From an uncultured Candidatus Saccharibacteria bacterium (GTDB taxonomy: Bacteria; Patescibacteriota; Minisyncoccia; Phycocordibacterales; UBA2100): a stretch of 64,000 bases of DNA. The notes under the pieces are model-generated. The model was given only the letters and a program-made list of their open reading frames with translations. It searched no databases and had not been told where the DNA came from. The position numbers and the translations under genes are program-made. Below are positions 62,568 to 64,000 of the stretch, piece by piece. Location of the stretch: assembly GCA_964471165.1 (NCBI GenBank), contig CAYYEX010000001.1:1037-65036 (forward strand). Direction: 5' to 3'. Positions within the stretch are counted from its first letter, which is position 1; every line of letters begins with the position of its first letter.

Positions 62568-63116
62568 TCAACTTCGAGACTGCGCGAGACCTTCGACAAC
62601 CATAGCGTTTGGGAGCGCTGCAAGAAATGCACCTGTCACAGCAAGCTTTGAGGTACGTAGCCCGCTCCCGATAATTACGTATTCGGAATCAGCAACCGCC
62701 TTGTCTATCAGTATCGTCCAGTCAGCGGGCAGCCCAACAGGTGTAATTGCACCGTATTCCATTGCAGAATGTGTAACGGCCGCTTCCATCGGCGCAAACG
62801 AAACCTTTCGCGCATCGAGTGTTTTGCGCACAACGCCGTTCACGTCGGCTCGTGTACTCCCCAAAACCACACACGCCGCATACCACGTGCGCTCACCTCG
62901 CTTTGCCTCGAGCACAACGCAGTTTGCAGCCTGAGCCATAGACACATTGTAGTGTTCGCAAAAAGCTGCAGTGTCTGAGATTGCGGGGTCGATTTCCGCC
63001 ACGCCCACCGTTTCTATCAGGGGCGATTCAGTGAGCGCGCGCAACACTGGCTCAGCCACAATACCGAGCCGTTGCCCTACCGGACCCACCTGCAGCGAAC
63101 CGAGTTTTATATCCAT
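62568..63116 (-). CDS. Possible YbaK/ProX-like aminoacyl-tRNA deacylase domain protein (weak assignment); otherwise hypothetical.
   Basis: Size and the segment SAMEYGAITPVGLP are reminiscent of the YbaK fold. Confidence 0.35.
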   Translation of the reverse strand: MDIKLGSLQVGPVGQRLGIVAEPVLRALTESPLIETVGVAEIDPAISDTAAFCEHYNVSMAQAANCVVLEAKRGERTWYAACVVLGSTRADVNGVVRKTLDARKVSFAPMEAAVTHSAMEYGAITPVGLPADWTILIDKAVADSEYVIIGSGLRTSKLAVTGAFLAALPNAMVVEGLAQSRS

Positions 63117-63133
63117 AACGCCAGCATACGAAA

Positions 63134-63490
63134 TTACTGTCCAAATCGGTAGCCATTGATGAGGAAGGCGCCAGCGAGAGCGAGCACTATCCCGATTATC
63201 TGGTACCCGGTTAGTTGCTCACGAAATATAACTACAGCGGCGGCAACCATGAGCAGCGAGTAAAATACAATATACAAATTCGCATACACCGCGAGCTCTC
63301 CATGGTTTATAAAGACGAATACTGCGAGCACGATTTGTATAAGGTAGAGAACGCACGCAATGAGCATCCACGGGCTTGTGAGTGCATCGTAGTAGCTACC
63401 TGGTTCACTCACTTTTTTAATAAGCGCATCCGCGACTACAATAAGCAACGCCGAAGCAAACATCACAGAGAGTCCGATTCCATTGAGCAT
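63134..63490 (-). CDS. Small 4-transmembrane DMT/SMR-like membrane protein.
   Basis: 118 aa, four hydrophobic helices. EamA-half-like. Confidence 0.5.
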   Translation of the reverse strand: MLNGIGLSVMFASALLIVVADALIKKVSEPGSYYDALTSPWMLIACVLYLIQIVLAVFVFINHGELAVYANLYIVFYSLLMVAAAVVIFREQLTGYQIIGIVLALAGAFLINGYRFGQ

Positions 63491-63635
63491 AAAATATTAT
63501 TGTTCTTTCCAAATCTTAAAAACACACATTGGTAAGGGGCAGATATAGAGGACCTTTTTTTCTCTGTCGTAAAACGCACCAACCCAAAAGTCGTACCAGA
63601 GAAATTGAAAGCTCAAGCGCAGATTCCTCATGGCC

Positions 63636-64000
63636 TCAGAAGTCAAACTCGTGAATCGTGGCATTGTCGGCTTCTATACGCTGTGCCTGCGGGTACAGGA
63701 TGTGCATCGCATCGATGACTCCCCCGTGGCTCGCCACGAGAATAGTTTTGCTTGGATACTCCGTCTTCATTTCTGTAACAAACTTTGCTACACGTTGTTT
63801 AAGGTCTTCAGCGCTATCCCCGCCATGTGCCCGATAGTCGAACGCGATATCGATATCTTTTTGATGCACGTCGTGGTCGCCTGTAAGCACTTCGATTTCC
63901 GGCCACGTGTGCCCCGCAAGCGCGCCATAGCGAAGTTCTTTTATATCGTCGTTGAGGAGGATAGTTGCGCCGAGTTTTTTATTGAGAATTGTTGCGGTTT
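63636..64000 (-). CDS. Histidine phosphatase family protein, C-terminal part. The gene probably continues past the window end.
   Basis: C-terminal VASHGGVIDA motif. The reading frame stays open upstream of the track's Met at 63890. Confidence 0.55.
   Translation of the reverse strand, partial: TATILNKKLGATILLNDDIKELRYGALAGHTWPEIEVLTGDHDVHQKDIDIAFDYRAHGGDSAEDLKQRVAKFVTEMKTEYPSKTILVASHGGVIDAMHILYPQAQRIEADNATIHEFDF

Noticed and set aside
1-64000. CRISPR arrays, transposases, integrases or rRNA/tRNA genes.
   Set aside because: I saw no regularly spaced direct repeats, no IS-like inverted-repeat-bounded ORFs, and no rRNA or tRNA signatures while reading either strand.

Overview
This 64 kb window is a compact bacterial chromosomal segment of roughly 55% GC. 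I call about 68 protein-coding genes, around 60 of them on the minus strand. I found no rRNA, tRNA, CRISPR array or transposase. Housekeeping genes (lysS, pyrB, obg, engB, trhO-like, msrA, msrB, an ABC-F ATPase, an RsuA-type pseudouridine synthase) are interleaved with an accessory and envelope load. That load includes a zur-like Fur regulator overlapping a ZIP zinc importer; a MarR-controlled RND efflux operon whose pump carries an unusual C-terminal DUF805 domain; a MacAB-type ABC exporter; an ECF sigma and anti-sigma module flanked by DUF5666 secreted proteins; and many small secreted hypothetical proteins, several with peptidoglycan-binding domains. The standout is a 2401 aa secreted polymorphic-toxin protein with a fused Tc-toxin-like architecture: SpvB domain, FG-GAP propeller, Gly-rich insert, LamG domain, RHS/YD repeats, RHS core with a DPxG autoproteolysis motif, and a 172 aa unrecognisable C-terminal toxin domain. 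Its toxin tail is AT-rich and is followed by an AT-rich small gene that I read as the cognate immunity gene. Several genes show a TATAAT-like -10 hexamer 6-9 nt upstream of the start codon with no Shine-Dalgarno sequence, and TTG/GTG starts occur. This suggests widespread leaderless translation. Other observations: a perfect 25 bp palindrome at the marR start; a candidate Zur box; a 368 bp intergenic region (unusually long for this genome) with a promoter-like element, a possible 47 aa zinc-ribbon ORF and an intrinsic terminator; a roughly 500 bp AT-rich islet; several GC-rich intergenic hairpins and terminators; and an alkyltransferase-like (Cys to Phe) MGMT-family protein. All calls rest on reading the sequence and remembered family signatures. 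I ran no database searches.
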